DNA of 64,000 nt from assembly GCF_009914755.1 (NCBI RefSeq), contig NC_060936.1. One strand, 5' to 3'. The first letter of the stretch is position 1, and each line of letters starts with the position of its first letter. Positions 40,484 to 55,029 of this stretch are shown in pieces. Source of the stretch: the human T2T-CHM13v2.0 reference genome, Homo sapiens. The notes under the pieces are model-generated. The model ran no database searches. It was given only the letters and a program-made list of their open reading frames with translations, and was not told the origin of the DNA. The position numbers were made by a program, and so were the translations under genes.

Positions 40484-42046
40484 GCTCCAAGGAATTTCAA
40501 GGCCAGTCTGTGTTGTGGTCCTTGGTTCCTTTGCAATTGGTGGTTTCAGTAAGCATTCATTCCTGGCTTTAACCAGAACTTGTTGAGGACAATTGACTCA
40601 ATGCTTTGATAAGAGGGAGAGAGTAACCTTTTGGATCATTTTGGGTATGTACTGACCAAAATCAGTCTGTGGACTTCCAATTTGCATTTGTGGCTTTCTG
40701 CATTGTATAATACTTTCCCTGTAGGGCTGAGTGCCCTGAAGGATCTTCTCCCTTCAGAGTGCCGAGACATGTCTACTAAACTCCAACATGCACCCTGTTC
40801 TCCAGGAAAGTGGTCACCGGTGCCCCAGTGTTGATGTCAGTGGCCATGTCAGCTCCCATCTAGCTAACACTAGAATAACATTTCTTTCAGCTACTCCAGC
40901 TAAGCTCAGACCATTGTTCTAGCATAGAAGTCATGAACACAGACCCTGAAATCAAACATCAGATAGCAGCTTAATCACTGGTAAGTGCGAAATGCATATA
41001 CAGAATGCTGTGTATCCTATGACATTAGTGAACAAGGGCTGCACTCATATATGCGTTTCACAGCATCTATGCATTTGTCTATCTGCAGACAAATAGGGAA
41101 ACCAGAATAATAAGATCAATGATGACAATGAGATTTTTAAAACTAAACACTTCACATGTATATTCCATTTCTTCATCCATGTTGAGAGAACACAGATATT
41201 CACTTTACTGTTATTCCTTTCGTCATATGTGAACTTACCTTTACCTGGATATCTGCAAGTACTTTCTACATTTCTTTATCATGTGCCTGTGTTATCAAAA
41301 GAAAAAAAACGAAACTGAAAACAAATCTCCAGATTCATTGAACTAGGTAGGATACATCTTTTGAAACCAAACCAAAAAGAATCCAAATACATATGACTTC
41401 CCTGAGACTATAGTGGCAGAAACATAATTTGAACCTGGCTCTCTGGCCCCAGAATCTGCTCTATTTCCAGTCCTCATCTCATTTCTCTGAGGATCCTGGG
41501 TGCCATGTTGGGCCAGTGGCTTTCAGACCTCCTGGGTGAATGTCTTGCTCTTGACATTGGCCAGGGAATTGGCATCTTCATTGGTAAAAAGCCTTGGCCA
41601 GTCTATGACATTGAGTTTTATGATGTTCATGGTTGTAGATTCTTGTTGGAATCTCTTTCTCTAGGTTTTATTTTCAGTTCAATTAAGGAAGAAAGGATGA
41701 AGGACAGAGAGAAAGGGACCATGCCCTTGCATCCTCAGAACCTAACAGTGTCATTGAACAGGATGAGCAAGATTTGTCCTGGCCAGTACCTTCCTGGGAA
41801 GTTCTAACAGGAAGGCAGGTGAGGACGGGAAATGATCCATCACGGTTTTTTTTTTAGTATGCTTGAGTCAGCTCCCTGTGTTTAATTAAATTTGGTTTCT
41901 GTATGAAGCACATGAATGTATATAAACCCAAACAGAAATGTCTGTAGGGGAAACAATGGCTTCCACCTAATACTTATCAGGCACAACGCCAGCAGTAGCT
42001 GCCGCAAGCTCAGTCATTTTGTCACTGGCTGTTTTCTTGTGCTGAA

Positions 42047-42096
42047 GGCAGATGAGGCAGGTTAGGCGGCAGATGAGGCAGGTTAGGCAGCAGATG
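42047..42096. repeat. 21-bp tandem repeat, ~2.4 copies
   Basis: GGCAGATGAGGCAGGTTAGGC twice (identical), then AGCAGATG. Confidence 0.9.
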
Positions 42097-42529
42097 CTCC
42101 TGCCTGGGGCTGCTTAGAACTGGATGGAAACATCTGGTCCAGTTGCCACTTTGGCCATGGTCTGCCTCTGAGCAGGAGAAGTGGAAAAGCAGATATACTT
42201 GAAAGTGGAAGGAGAAGCATGTAGCACCACAGCTAAGTAAATTGCATCTGGAATCAGGACAACCTAGTTTCAAGTCCCAGCCTTGCCACTAACAGACTGT
42301 GAGCACTGGGCAGGTCTCTGGATCTCCCCTAGCCTCAATATTCCCATCTGCTGATGGGTACAGCACTGCCTGTCTCAGAATGGTACAGCAGAGCACCTGG
42401 TGTTCAGGAAACACCATCAGTGAAAGAAGGAACAGCATTGTTGCCTTTAAGTTGGGCACTGAGACTACACAACCTGCCTCACCCATGTGATGTGCGCAGT
42501 TTTAGATTCTCGGGAAGATGTATCCTCCA

Positions 42530-43015
42530 TGTGTTTTGTTTGGCCCACCCAACATATTCACAATTTCTAAATTTATTTTCAAGATTAAAATTTAGAAATT
42601 TTACTTAACATGGAAGCTTCTGATGTGACATAGTTGAAGACCTGGCTACTCTGGGCCCCTTGTCCCCCTTGCTACAATTAGCTGTAGCTGAGAAGATGCT
42701 GCTTGCCTGAAACTCGGCATGGACTCTCTAGTTACAATGACAATGATGCCAACTTTGACACTTACTGAACATTTACTGTGGACAACATCTCATGGGCAGA
42801 GACAAAGAGAATCCCCATTTTACAGATGAGGCACAGAGAGGTTAAGTGACTTGCCTAAGGTCACACAGTTATTATCGACTGAGTTGGAAATGAAGCCTGA
42901 CATTCAGCTCCTGGTGTCCCTTCCACAATTCCTCTATGGCAGCTTCTCCCCAACCAGACCTGATTCACTCATTAACCTGCCTGGCTCTCATTGGCATTAG
43001 AGTTTTTCCTCTGAG
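42530..43015. mobile_element. MER102-like hAT element interrupted by an antisense MIR (~42750-42910)
   Basis: GAAGACCTGGCTACTCTGGGCCC...TAGCTGTAGCTGAG, then TTCACTCATTAACCTGCCTGGC; MIR core CCCCATTTTACAGATGAGG...GGTTAAGTGACTTGCCTAAGGTCACACAG. Confidence 0.55.
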
Positions 43016-43050
43016 TCAGTTGTTCTCCCACTGCTATAATATCACAGATT

Positions 43051-44098
<1,048 letters not shown>

Positions 44099-44148
44099 GT
44101 TCAAGGAGAATATTTTTATAATCACCACCTAAACGGAGGTTGAACTGA

Positions 44149-44498
<350 letters not shown>

Positions 44499-45009
44499 AG
44501 TTTCAGCTCTTTACTGGAAAATGTTTATCTTGGAGTGGTGGTGGCAGGTCGGGGGGCATGGCATGAATTCTGCTTAGAAGTCCTTGCTGGTTGTAGTGAA
44601 ATGGCCAAAGGTTGGCCTTATCTCAGGCAGGACACACAGTCCATCCCTAGTGGTAGACCAGAAAATCGATTGCAATTGATTAACAATTAGTGAGTCATTT
44701 CCATGGAAGTCATTTGTGTTTTCAACAGCAGCTCATCCTCATTTCACTGCCAATTGATTCAGTCTTCTGCTCACAGTCCACGGCTAATGACATAGTAATT
44801 CCAATACGAGCTGTGGTTCAAAAGGCACCATTTGTGATGTGCAAACAAAAGTCTGATACGGTGAAATTCCAGCCAATTCACTTTGATGAACTGAGCAGAA
44901 GAATTTGTTTTGGACTGGGCTGCATCCCTTTACTGGTGACTTAATTGCAAAGGGCTTAATTCCAACATTGAAGGGAGTTCTAAGGAGTGTCCCCTCTCTT
45001 GGCTGACAG

Positions 45010-45905
45010 CACTACTCCTTCATTTATCTCCATCTCGGCAAATGGTGCCACCATCCACAAAATTGCCCTGACCACAGATCTAAGACAAATGCTGATGACT
45101 TTCTTCTACTCTACCACCATATCTAGTCAGTCTGCAAGCCCTGGGGACTCTAACCTGCACAATACATGTAGACGTCACCTATTTTTATCCGTCTCTGCTG
45201 CCTCCATCCCAGCCCAAGTCACGTGGACCTCTCCCTGGGTAAACTTCCTCAACCTCTTGCCCAGCCTCTTTCCCCCTTCTGGCCTCTAGCTGATTCAGTC
45301 TCCACACAGTGACCACAGTCATCTTTTTAAGTCATAAAACAGATGATATGAGTCTTTTGCTTAAAATTCTCCTTTGACTGCCAATCACAGTTAGTAGTGA
45401 ATGTAAATTTCTCATTGTCAACTAAAGATATCTTCTTGATTTGGCTCTGTCTGCTCTGTTCCCGCATCTCTCACTGATCTTCCTCTCCCTCTCCACACTC
45501 CATCCTCCTTCTTTCCAGGAACAGCTTAATTCTGCTCTCACCTCAGGACCTTTGCACATGCCCTTGCTTCTGCCAGCAACAGTCTGCCCCCAGAGGACTG
45601 GCTCCAGCTTGCCCATCATGGCAAGGAAACACAGGATTCCCTTTCTTTGGTAGACCTGCTGTTTCCTAGTCATTCTCTATGATATTAAACTCTTTTCTGT
45701 CCTTTATTATACTCAGCCATCTTCAAAATGATTGTATACATATTTATTTGCATATTATTATAATTTACATATTATTATTATTGTTTCTCTCTTTCTCCAT
45801 TAGTGTATCCTCCATAGGGACACAGATCTTGTATGGCTTTATAATTTTCTATTCAAAGAATCTGGAAGAGTGCTTAGCATATGGTGGGTATTCTGTTTGT
45901 TGGAA
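45010..45905 (+). mobile_element. L2
   Basis: AATGGTGCCACCATCCAC...CCTCAGGACCTTTGCACATGC...GAGTGCTTAGCATATGGTGGG. Confidence 0.75.
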
Positions 45906-46809
45906 TGTAACCACACTTTGTGTGCATCTTGTGCCTTTCTTGGCTCTCGAAAGTCTTACATTTGGTATGGTTTATGACTAGCTGGGCTGCTGGGGAAAAG
46001 GGTGAATTGTGGCCTTGGTCTCCTAAAATTGCTGCTCTTCAAGGGGAAGTGGTGAAGCCATTGACTAAGGACCCACCTCTAGAGGCCCTTGCTTCTTGAT
46101 AACGCTGTAACCATTGTGAGGGGATAGCGGGGTCTTTGTGATCTTGTGTAATTTGCCTCCTACATAGCAGGCCCTGCAGTGGGCATTTGAGGAAATAAGC
46201 GAAAATAAGACATGATCCTTCTCCTGACAATCTCGTTTAGTTTGGGGATTAGGCAGGTAAAAAATGATGGTTCCAATCCAGGGTTAGAAATGCTGTTCTG
46301 TAAGATGGTACCAAGCTCCAAGGGAGCACAGAGGAATGGCTAGTAACTCTGTAAGAGGAATCATGAAGGGCTCCTACAATAGGAGCAATTGTGTTGGGTC
46401 TTGAAGAACAAGTAGAAGTTTACTGGACAAAGAAGCTGAGATCTGATGTTTAAGACATGTTTAAACAGCGAAGCAATAAATCCCTGTGTGCATTTGGAAT
46501 GCCACTCTGCTCACCGCTTAATTTTCAGGTGCACGGGTGGGAGGGTTTATGGAAGTACCTATCAGAAGGAAGAACAAAAAAATTGTGTCTCAGTTTCCCA
46601 TTCAGATTTAGTTGCAATTCCTGGATTTCTAAGCAGATGTGATCTATGGAGGAACAACCCGGCTAACTGTCTGATTCCTTTCTTCATTTTTGCCTTTTCT
46701 GGCTTTCTCGTTTCTTGTTTCCTTTATTCTTTTCTATTATGTTTTGTTGTCTAACAAAGAGCATGTTAACTTTAAAAAATTTTATCAGAGCACTAAATTC
46801 ATTTTAAAT

Positions 46810-47200
46810 GATGTAGCAGACTGCCAGTTACCTAGGCAATATTTGATTTCTCTTTCCTCTTTAATAACAGAATTTCATTAGGATCAATGGTGAGCTAAAA
46901 GTCCACATTTCTCATCTTCCTTTGCAGCTTAGTTCCCCAGGTGATTAAGCTGTGGACCGTGAGATATTAGTGGACGTAGTGTGTTGAGCTTCTGTAAAGA
47001 CCACTTGAAGGGAGCTGCCTCAGCTTGGAAACAAGGGCTCTTTTTATTCTTCTGTCTTCTGTTTGCTGCTTTTAACTGAGAGGAGATGACTGGAGCTCTG
47101 GCATTCATCTTGGACCTCAAGGTGTCTCTGATGGTGGAAGCCATATGACAGGATGGGAGAGCAAAAAGTTCCAAGGGCCCACGGAGAGGACACACTAGCT
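46810..47200 (+). mobile_element. Old MLT1 (I/J-like) LTR, followed by a MIR fragment
   Basis: ACATTTCTCATCTTCCTTTGCAGCTTAG...GATGACTGGAGCTCTGGCATTCATCTTGGACC. Confidence 0.6.
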
Positions 47201-48384
47201 TTAGGTTGTTTCTTATCATCGCATTTTCATTTCCTCATTTGTATCATGAATTTATTAACAGTTCTTAACTCTTTATGTCATTTGTAAGATAAAATGATAT
47301 GATTTATGTAAAATTATTGAGGACAGTACATGTCACGAAATAAGGGTGTTATACACAATTTTACTACTGTTTTGCATTGCTTTATATTCTAGTAATCACC
47401 AGTAAACACTTTAGCTTGTTCAATTCCTATATTACCTCCCTGAAGTATGACACCCACGCAATTCTGCCTGTATTTTACTGATGACAATTCATGCAGCTCA
47501 TAAAGGGTAGGACAGAAATCAGCTTTGAGATTAAACTGAAAATGTGCAATAACAACAACATTATCACACACATGATTTATTATTTTATGTAGATTTTTCT
47601 CTTTTCATCGTCCAGTCCCCTACGACATGGATGTTGTGCCTTCCATTCTAGAGATGAGAAAACTGAGGCTGCCAGATACCAGGTATCTTGCCCAAAGTGA
47701 CACAGAAAGAAATTGACAAGTATGCCTGATGCCTCTGCTGAGTGGTTGGTTGGGATTGAGGCAAAGGTCTCCAGGAACCGGGTCCTTTGTTCTTTCTGTA
47801 GGGTCATAGCTACCCCTGTTTCTGGGCTGTCTGTATAAATGAGACCCATTAGTCATGTAGCAGGAATTACACCTATGGAATTGAAAGCTTTAGTTTTAGT
47901 ATAGCCTTATACTCAAAAGCCCTGGAGTGAGGACTAATTGGAAATTTTTACTGGTGCAACTTTTAATAATGATGATGCTATTGTAGTCTCCCTGCCTCTC
48001 AATATTCACAGAACTAAGCATGGCCCAATTTTGAAAACATCTGTGCAAAGGATCTTTTTAAAGCCTGCTGTCTATATCACAGAAGCCATCAGGGTCTGCG
48101 CATGTGGAGCTCATCTGGCCTTAGTGCAGATGGAGCCAGGAGATTCTGGCCTGATGCTAATGACACCGTGTATGTCCTTTGAAGAATGCCTTTCTCTCCA
48201 CATTGCCCTGAATATGCAGACATCTCTATAGGCAATGCCTGACTCTGGGTGACGTTAATTCCATCATTCTGCATCTGAAATGGCAACTGGTTATATTTGC
48301 CTCAGAGTTCTAATTCTCTCATTTGTCTAAATTCTTCCCAGAGAGTTTTGTTTCTGTGCTGGCCTGTAATATTTTATCACAAGG

Positions 48385-48740
48385 CATATTAGTTCATTCT
48401 CACACTGCTATAAGGACATACCTGAGACTTGGTAATTTGTACAGGAAACAGGTTTCATTGACTCACCATTCAGCATGGTTGGGGAGGCCTCGAAATTTAC
48501 AGCCACGATGGAAGGGGAAGCAAACATGTCCTTCTTTACATGGCAGCAGCAAGAAGTGCAGAGCGAAGGTGGAGAAGAGCTCCTCATAAAAGCATCAGAT
48601 CTCGTGAGAACTCACTCACTATCACGAGAACAGGATGGAGGTAACTGCCCCCATAATTCAATTACCTCCTATGACACGTGGGGATTATGGGAACTACAGT
48701 TCAAGACAAGATTTTTTGAGGACATGGCCAAACCATATCA
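48385..48740 (-). mobile_element. THE1 (C/D-like) solo LTR
   Basis: TATTAGTTCATTCTCACACTGCTATAAGGACATACCTGAGAC...CAGATCTCGTGAGAACTCACTCACTATCACGAG...CCAAACCATATCA; 5-bp TSD CAAGG. Confidence 0.93.
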
Positions 48741-48879
48741 CAAGGGTAGAGTTTAACAGGAGTGTTTTGATCTCAGGTAAAACAGGGTAGGAGCCTGGGC
48801 TCATAATGTCACTTTGCATTATTATAATGGTTTGTGATTTACCAAATGCTTTGTTATGCATATTCTTATTTGATTCTCT

Positions 48880-50590
48880 GTAAGGTGAGTAGAGAAGAAA
48901 CAATGATCTTTATACTTGAATGCTCAACAATATTTGGTGGAGCTGATTACTTGATTTTTCTTCAAACATTTTGTTCACTTCCCATCTGGTACACAATTCT
49001 CTCAGTCCTTTTTCTTTAACCTCACTGCCTTAATGTTCTTTGGTAGACTTGCTAGTCTTTTTTTCTCTTCCAGAGCTCCAAACATTGACGTATCCCAGAA
49101 ATCAAATTTTATAAAACATATTTTCTCTATGCATCATTAGTTTTACACCAAGTGACCTGATTCAGTAGCATGTGTTTAAATGTCATTTATTTATCCCAGA
49201 TTAATATCTTCAGCCATGATTGCCCTGAAATTCTACTTTCATATGGACAACTATCTCCCCAAAATCTCCATTCAAGTGGCTAATAGGTCTCTTCAACTTG
49301 CAGTGTCCCAAATTGATTTGTTGATCTCTATTCCCCTGCAATTCTTGTCTTCTCAAAACCAGAAAAGGCTGCTTTCATCTGTCATGGGTTGATTGGTTGC
49401 CCCAAAAGATATATCCAAGCTGTGAGCTTCACTTTACTTGGGAAAAGGAACTTTACAAATGCAATTAAGTTAAGAATCTCGAGATAAGATCATCCTGGAT
49501 CTCGATTGGATCCTAAATCCAGTAACAGGTGTCTGGATAAGAGAAAGGCAGTGAGATATTTAAGACACACAGAGACACAAGCGAGAAGGCCACATGAAGA
49601 CAGAAGCAGAGGTTGGAGCAAATCATCAACAAGGCAAGGAACGCCATGGGTTGCTGGCAACACCAGGAGCTGGGAGAGAGGGAACAAATTCTACCTGAGA
49701 GCCTCCAGTAGGACCCACCTTGCTGACATCTTCATTTTGGACTTCTGGCCTCCAGTTTGTGGCACTTTGTTGTAGCAGCCCTAGGAAACTCATGCACCAT
49801 CTTTCCATGTATTCAGACTCAAGTGGCAAATGTGGATTGTCTCTTCTCCTTCTTTCACTCCTACATTCAACCCATCAGAAAACTGCCAGCTCTAATTTCA
49901 AAGTGTCTCACTTTTCCAAACTTCCTCGACACTTCTGCTACTGTCACTCTTGTGTCTGCTATCATTCTTGCCTGGTTATTGTAATCACTTCTTTGCTGGT
50001 AAGATAATGTCCCACCTCTACCCAGGTCCCGCCAGTGCCTTCTTATCTTTCTCAGAGCAAGCACCCCAAATTCCTCCTATGGCCTACTAGGACCACCAGC
50101 CTGGGGTCCTGGCCTGCTCTCTGACCCCACCTCCCACCACTCTCTGTCTTCTTCGCTCACCGCACTGCAGCCACTCTGGCTTCCTTACTATCTCTCAGAC
50201 CTTCCATACATAGTCCCGCCCCAGGACTTTTGCACATGCTATTCCTGTGGCTGACTCTCTCTTTTCCAGATAGTGATTTGGCTCCCCAGTTACATCAAGC
50301 AAATCTCTGCATAAATATCATTTTTATCAGAGCTTATGTCCCCAAACACCCTGTGTGAAACATTAACCCCATCAATTACTGTCTCTTCTCTAGCTTTATG
50401 TTTCTTTATCATACCTATGTGTTGTCAATATATATTTGTGTGTGGTGTCTTTTTCCAAGTTGAATGTAAGCTTCCTGGGTTACAAGGTATTTTTCCCTCT
50501 AGTATTTTTCTCTGCTATACCCAGGACTTAGACCAGTGTCTGACATGGAATAGGTGATCTGTACATATCTGCTGAATGAATAATGAATCT
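48880..50590 (+). mobile_element. L2 split by an MLT1C
   Basis: CCAGGACTTTTGCACATGCTATTCC, GAATGTAAGCTTCC; tail TGCTGAATGAATAATGAAT. Confidence 0.7.
49380..49796 (+). mobile_element. MLT1C-like solo LTR
   Basis: TGTCATGGGTTGATTGG...CCAAAAGATATATCC...TTTTGGACTTCTGGCCTCCAG...GCAGCCCTAGGAAACTCATGCA; TSD TCATC/CCATC. Confidence 0.85.
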
Positions 50591-50849
50591 CAATTTTACT
50601 GAAAAATAAATTTGAGTTTCAGAAGGTTATAGGGCCTTAATCCATTAAGAACCCATACATTTTGGTGGTACATCACCCTGGGTCTCCCAATTCTATACAG
50701 GTTCTTCAATGTCACTATTCAAGGTGTTCATTACTGAGGAGAGGGAATTTCCTCAAGTGTGCTTCTTCCCACGTATTACAGGATATAAACAGCCCCTTAA
50801 ACAAATGTTTTGGGTCTAGTAAAGTCAGGAGACAACTAAAGTGATGAAC

Positions 50850-51320
50850 TATATTAGTTTCTCATTGCTGCTGTAACAAATGACTAAAACTTGGTGACTT
50901 TAAACAACAAAAACTATTCTCTTACATTTCTGGAGGTCAGAAGTCTAAAATGGGCTTTATAGGGCTGAAATCAAGGTGTTGGCTGGGCTCTGTTCCTTCT
51001 GAAGCCTCAAGGGCACGATTCGTTCCTTCCTTCAGCTTCTAGAAGGTGCTCACATTCCCTAGCTGGTTTCTCCCTGACATCTCCAAAGTAAGCCATGGCT
51101 GATCGAGTCTTACCTTATGTCACTCTGTCTCTCTTATGAAACCCCCATGGTTACAGTGGGCACGTTCAAATAATCTCGGGCAATCTTCCCATCTTGAGGT
51201 CCTTAAATGAATCATGTCTTTCAAGCCCTTATTACCATATAAGGGAGCATATTCACAGGTTCTGGGAATTAGGATGCGAACATCTTTTGGAAGTGAGAGG
51301 ACCATTATTCTGTTTATTGC
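50850..51320 (-). mobile_element. MLT1C/D-like solo LTR
   Basis: TATTAGTTTCTCATTGCTGCTGTAACAAATGAC...TCTGGAGGTCAGAAGTCTAAAATGGG...CACAGGTTCTGGGAATTAGGATG. Confidence 0.85.
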
Positions 51321-52294
51321 ATGAACGAAAACAGATTTCATACTGATAGTTAGAGCTTTCAATATGCAAAATTCATGTGATAATCCATAAAGATGGGAAG
51401 GTTTGGTGGTCCCAGAGCCACAGTTCCTTTGCTCTGCTCCTATTAAAACGTGGTCTTGTGTCCCATTACATTCAGAATAAAATCCAAGTTCCTCCCTGCA
51501 GTCTGCATGGCCTATCAGGATCAGGCCCCTGCCTCCCACTTCAGTGTTGTGTTCAAACACTCTCCTTGTCCCTCACTAAGTGACAGAAGACCCTGGCATT
51601 CTTTTGTGGTGAGCACCCCAGGCTCACTTCTGCCTGAGGCCATTGAAACCAGCTGTTCCTCTGAGATCCTCATTCCCAAGAGATTTTCATGGTCAACTTG
51701 TCTTCTCATTCTGGTCTCACTCAGTTGTCACCTACCCAAAGGCCTTCTCCTGGACCTTCTCAGGTGTGCCCTATGCTGGGAGAGGTTCGGTTTCAGGAGT
51801 GAACTCAGTAGGGCTTGCAACCAGAGCTTCGGGCTCATGGACAACAAGGCTGTTGAGCAGCACTGAGCTGCGTCTCTGCCACTCCAAGCACTTGGATAGG
51901 AGAGAAATATTTTGAGATACCTCCAGACTCTGTGTCCATGTTTTCATTCTTTCATCCAGCAAATTGAGATTAATGTAGGGTAGTCTTTCTAAAAATGCTT
52001 CATACATATGTACTCATTAATTCTTTAATTGGAGAATGAGACCTTCTATAGACCAGTCTCACAGGCCATAGATTGACAAAGAAAAACTATAACAAAAGGT
52101 CTCTGGGGACACTCAATGAGAGGTGTGATTTCCTTTTCCTTTGTTTTGTTACATTTCAAAATGGACGTCACCCACCACAGGAGATATACTTTGGGGCTTT
52201 ATGGGAGACTATCCGTGAAGGAGGCTTTTAGGTTACGAAGCAGTGTGACTCAGTGGGAAATGCTGGTATTGTGTTTTACAGGTGCCCATGGGAT

Positions 52295-52970
52295 ATGTGA
52301 GGCTGTCTTTGCTTGGGTTACCCCCAAAAGCAGATTTTGAAGCAAAGATTTAGGTGCAGCCATAGCTTGAGGAAAGTGACTCCAGGAAGCATGATGAGGA
52401 TGCAGAGAGTGGGAGGTGGAGGGTGGTGAGACAGGGATGGGCAGATGTCAGAGGCTCTCCTTTTGTCTTGATGAGCAGGTTTTCAATGCAGGCTCCATCC
52501 CACAGGATGCACTCTGAGAGTGGACAGAGCTTGGCTCTGCATTGCCTCTCTAATGGCAAGGAAGCTGGGGTTCGAACCCACTCATTCTCATTTTTATTGG
52601 GTCAGCTGCAAGTTGAACTCTCCGTAGTAGATGCTCAGACAGAATTTGAGGTGCAAAATGTAAGGGACAAAGACCTGGGAAAGAGAGAATTTGGAGTCAA
52701 ACTTGGTTGCAGAATCTACGTCAGCCAGCCCAGAAGTGAATTCTGGGGCAGGCATTGCTGATCTCAGTGGCCAGCATCAGGCAAAAAATGGGCCTTTGCA
52801 CCCCATCTCACTCAGGCACCAGGTCCACTGCCCTGGGAGGGGTGTGATCTCAAGTGAGGGGGCTCTCTGTATCTGGGGAAGACTGCAGGGGAGACCCAGC
52901 GGGAGCCTGTCTGATGAGTGCCCCTCCTCTCCTCCAAGCTGGGATCTGGGTTACTCCCAGGTTTTTACCT
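52295..52970 (-). mobile_element. LTR16-like (ERVL) fragments
   Basis: GGGTTACCCCCAAAAGCAGATTTTGAAGCAAAGATTTAGGTGCAG...CCAGGAAGCA; second similar start CAGACAGAATTTGAGGTGCAAA at ~52635. Confidence 0.55.
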
Positions 52971-54129
52971 GAATACCTGTGAGGGTAATCCAGAATGGCA
53001 ATTGCTGTCCCCTCATAATTTAATGTGAAAAAAACTCCCACAGAGGAGAAAATACTTTTCTAAGACCACATGTCCTCTTAGGAGCAGACAGAACATCTGA
53101 GTCCTCAACCAGCATGATTTCTGGGAATGGCATCTTGCATCCGTCTTTGTCATCTTACAAATTGTTCTAGGAAAGCATTTGGAGTCCTGGTTCCATTTTT
53201 CTATATTAAAAGATAAAGGGATAGCTTTCAGAAGAAAAACCCAATCTTCCCTAAGACAGCTTCTCTAGAGGCTACTTCATGCCCCCTTGAAATAATGAGT
53301 TTCTATTTCTGACCCATCGTAATGAAATTGGCTTTGCTAAATCACCTGCGGGTGGCTTGAAGTGTCCACCTCTGAGGCTGCACGAAATCCAGGTGGGGGA
53401 GCACTCTGCAGCATGGAGCTGCCTAGATTTTGGTGGAGTCTCTGGGTAGATGCAAGGGGCTTTTCTCAGGAGCTGTAGCCCCTCCCTGTGGACCAGTGCC
53501 TTGTAGTGCAGTTGAAAGCTTTGACCCATTTCCATTTTTTTTAGATCTTCAGAAATATTTTAAAAATATGAAACTAACAAGAGAGTTACCAAAACTGTAG
53601 TATCATTTAAATATTTATATTTAATGAATTGACACTTTCAATGTACATATGAAACAACTGTTCTTGTTAAAAATGATTGTGGGTTTTATTAAAATAAACA
53701 ATTTTCCAAAAAGCGTCAGGCTAATATTTCACTCTTCTAAACAGCTATGCCTATACCACTTGTTTGTGCCTGACTCCCTTTTGGCTGTTAACTAGTTTAG
53801 GTTGTTACTTCAGCAAACATGCAACTTGCATCTGCTGATGAAACTGAAGTGCATCACTGTGTGGCCACCACATTCTTGTTCAATTCTGACATGATATCTC
53901 TGTAGCTGTATGTACACAACATGACTCAGAGATAAAATACACAAACTAATGGTGATGGGCTTTGTAAAGGTGAAACTTGGGTTGGAAGCTTTCCTGACTT
54001 GAACCACCATGCACATCTCCTCGGAAAATCTCCAGATTACATCAAATGGTTCATTTCAGTAATGACTATAGTAATATTGGCAGTACCTGTGACTCTCCTG
54101 ATACTGAGTGGAGAGCCCACAAGTTAGGA

Positions 54130-54745
54130 AGAGGCTGAATGGCACGGGTGCTAAGGGCCCAGTCTCTGGAGTCAGGCTGCCCTGATCCCAAGCCTGGCTC
54201 CTATGTTCCCAGCTATGTGACTCTGGGCAAGTCACCTTACCTTTCTGAGGGTCGCCTTCTCCATCCTAAAATAAGGCTAATAATAGAACCTACTTGTGAT
54301 AGTCATTAGTGCTGCTTACAAATATTTCTACCTGTTGGGTAGAATCAATGTAACTGACAATGTAAGTGTGACCAGATGTCAACTGTATCACTTCTGGGCT
54401 GGAAAATGTTGTCCCCATGACAAGAAACTTCAGAGTGTTATTTCCACGTGAACATTTGCTTTCTCATATAGAGGCTGCTCCATCAGCCTGGTTCTTGGTA
54501 TATGGACCATGGATGTAATAGGCTTAAGCTAATGATGGACACATGTATCAGCAAGAAATAAACCTTTGTTATTTTAAGTCAAAAAAACTTATGATATGCT
54601 AGGGATTTTTTGTTACAGCAGCGAATCTCATCTATCCTGTCCGATTCACCATCTCACAGGGTCATCGTCAGCATTCAATAAGTTGGTATGTGTAGTAAGT
54701 GTTGCACAGTGCCCAGCACGGGGCACCTCTCAAAAACACAACTGT
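54130..54745 (+). mobile_element. MIR split by an old MLT1 (H/I-like) LTR (~54296-54650)
   Basis: MIR 5' TCTGGAGTCAGGCTGCC...GCTATGTGACTCTGGGCAAGTCA; LTR end AGAAATAAACCTTTGTTATTTTAAG...TGTTACAGCAGC; MIR resumes GCACAGTGCCCAGCAC. Confidence 0.7.
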
Positions 54746-55029
54746 GATTGTCATGCTTGGTCAGTCTGCTGGAACTCAGTCCTCACTTTGCATGGTGATC
54801 CTGGCCAGCCTGTCCATATGATCTGAGGATGCTGCCAGCATCACAATGCACGGGGAAGAGCTCAGAAGGGAGGCAGGAGTTAAAGACCTAGTTCAGCCAA
54901 GATTGTGATCTGGCAAGACCCCATTGACATCTCTAGTTATGTTGCTCACAGCTGCAATAGGAGGGGGTTAAAGTAGGTGAGGTCTGAGGCCCAGGTGTGT
55001 CCAAACTGCAGTTTTCAGACTGCCATAAA

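Noticed and set aside
48375-48745. Apparent 10-bp duplication TATCACAAGG around the THE1 LTR
   Set aside because: The right-hand TATCA is the normal LTR terminus; the true TSD is the 5-bp CAAGG and the extra match is probably coincidental
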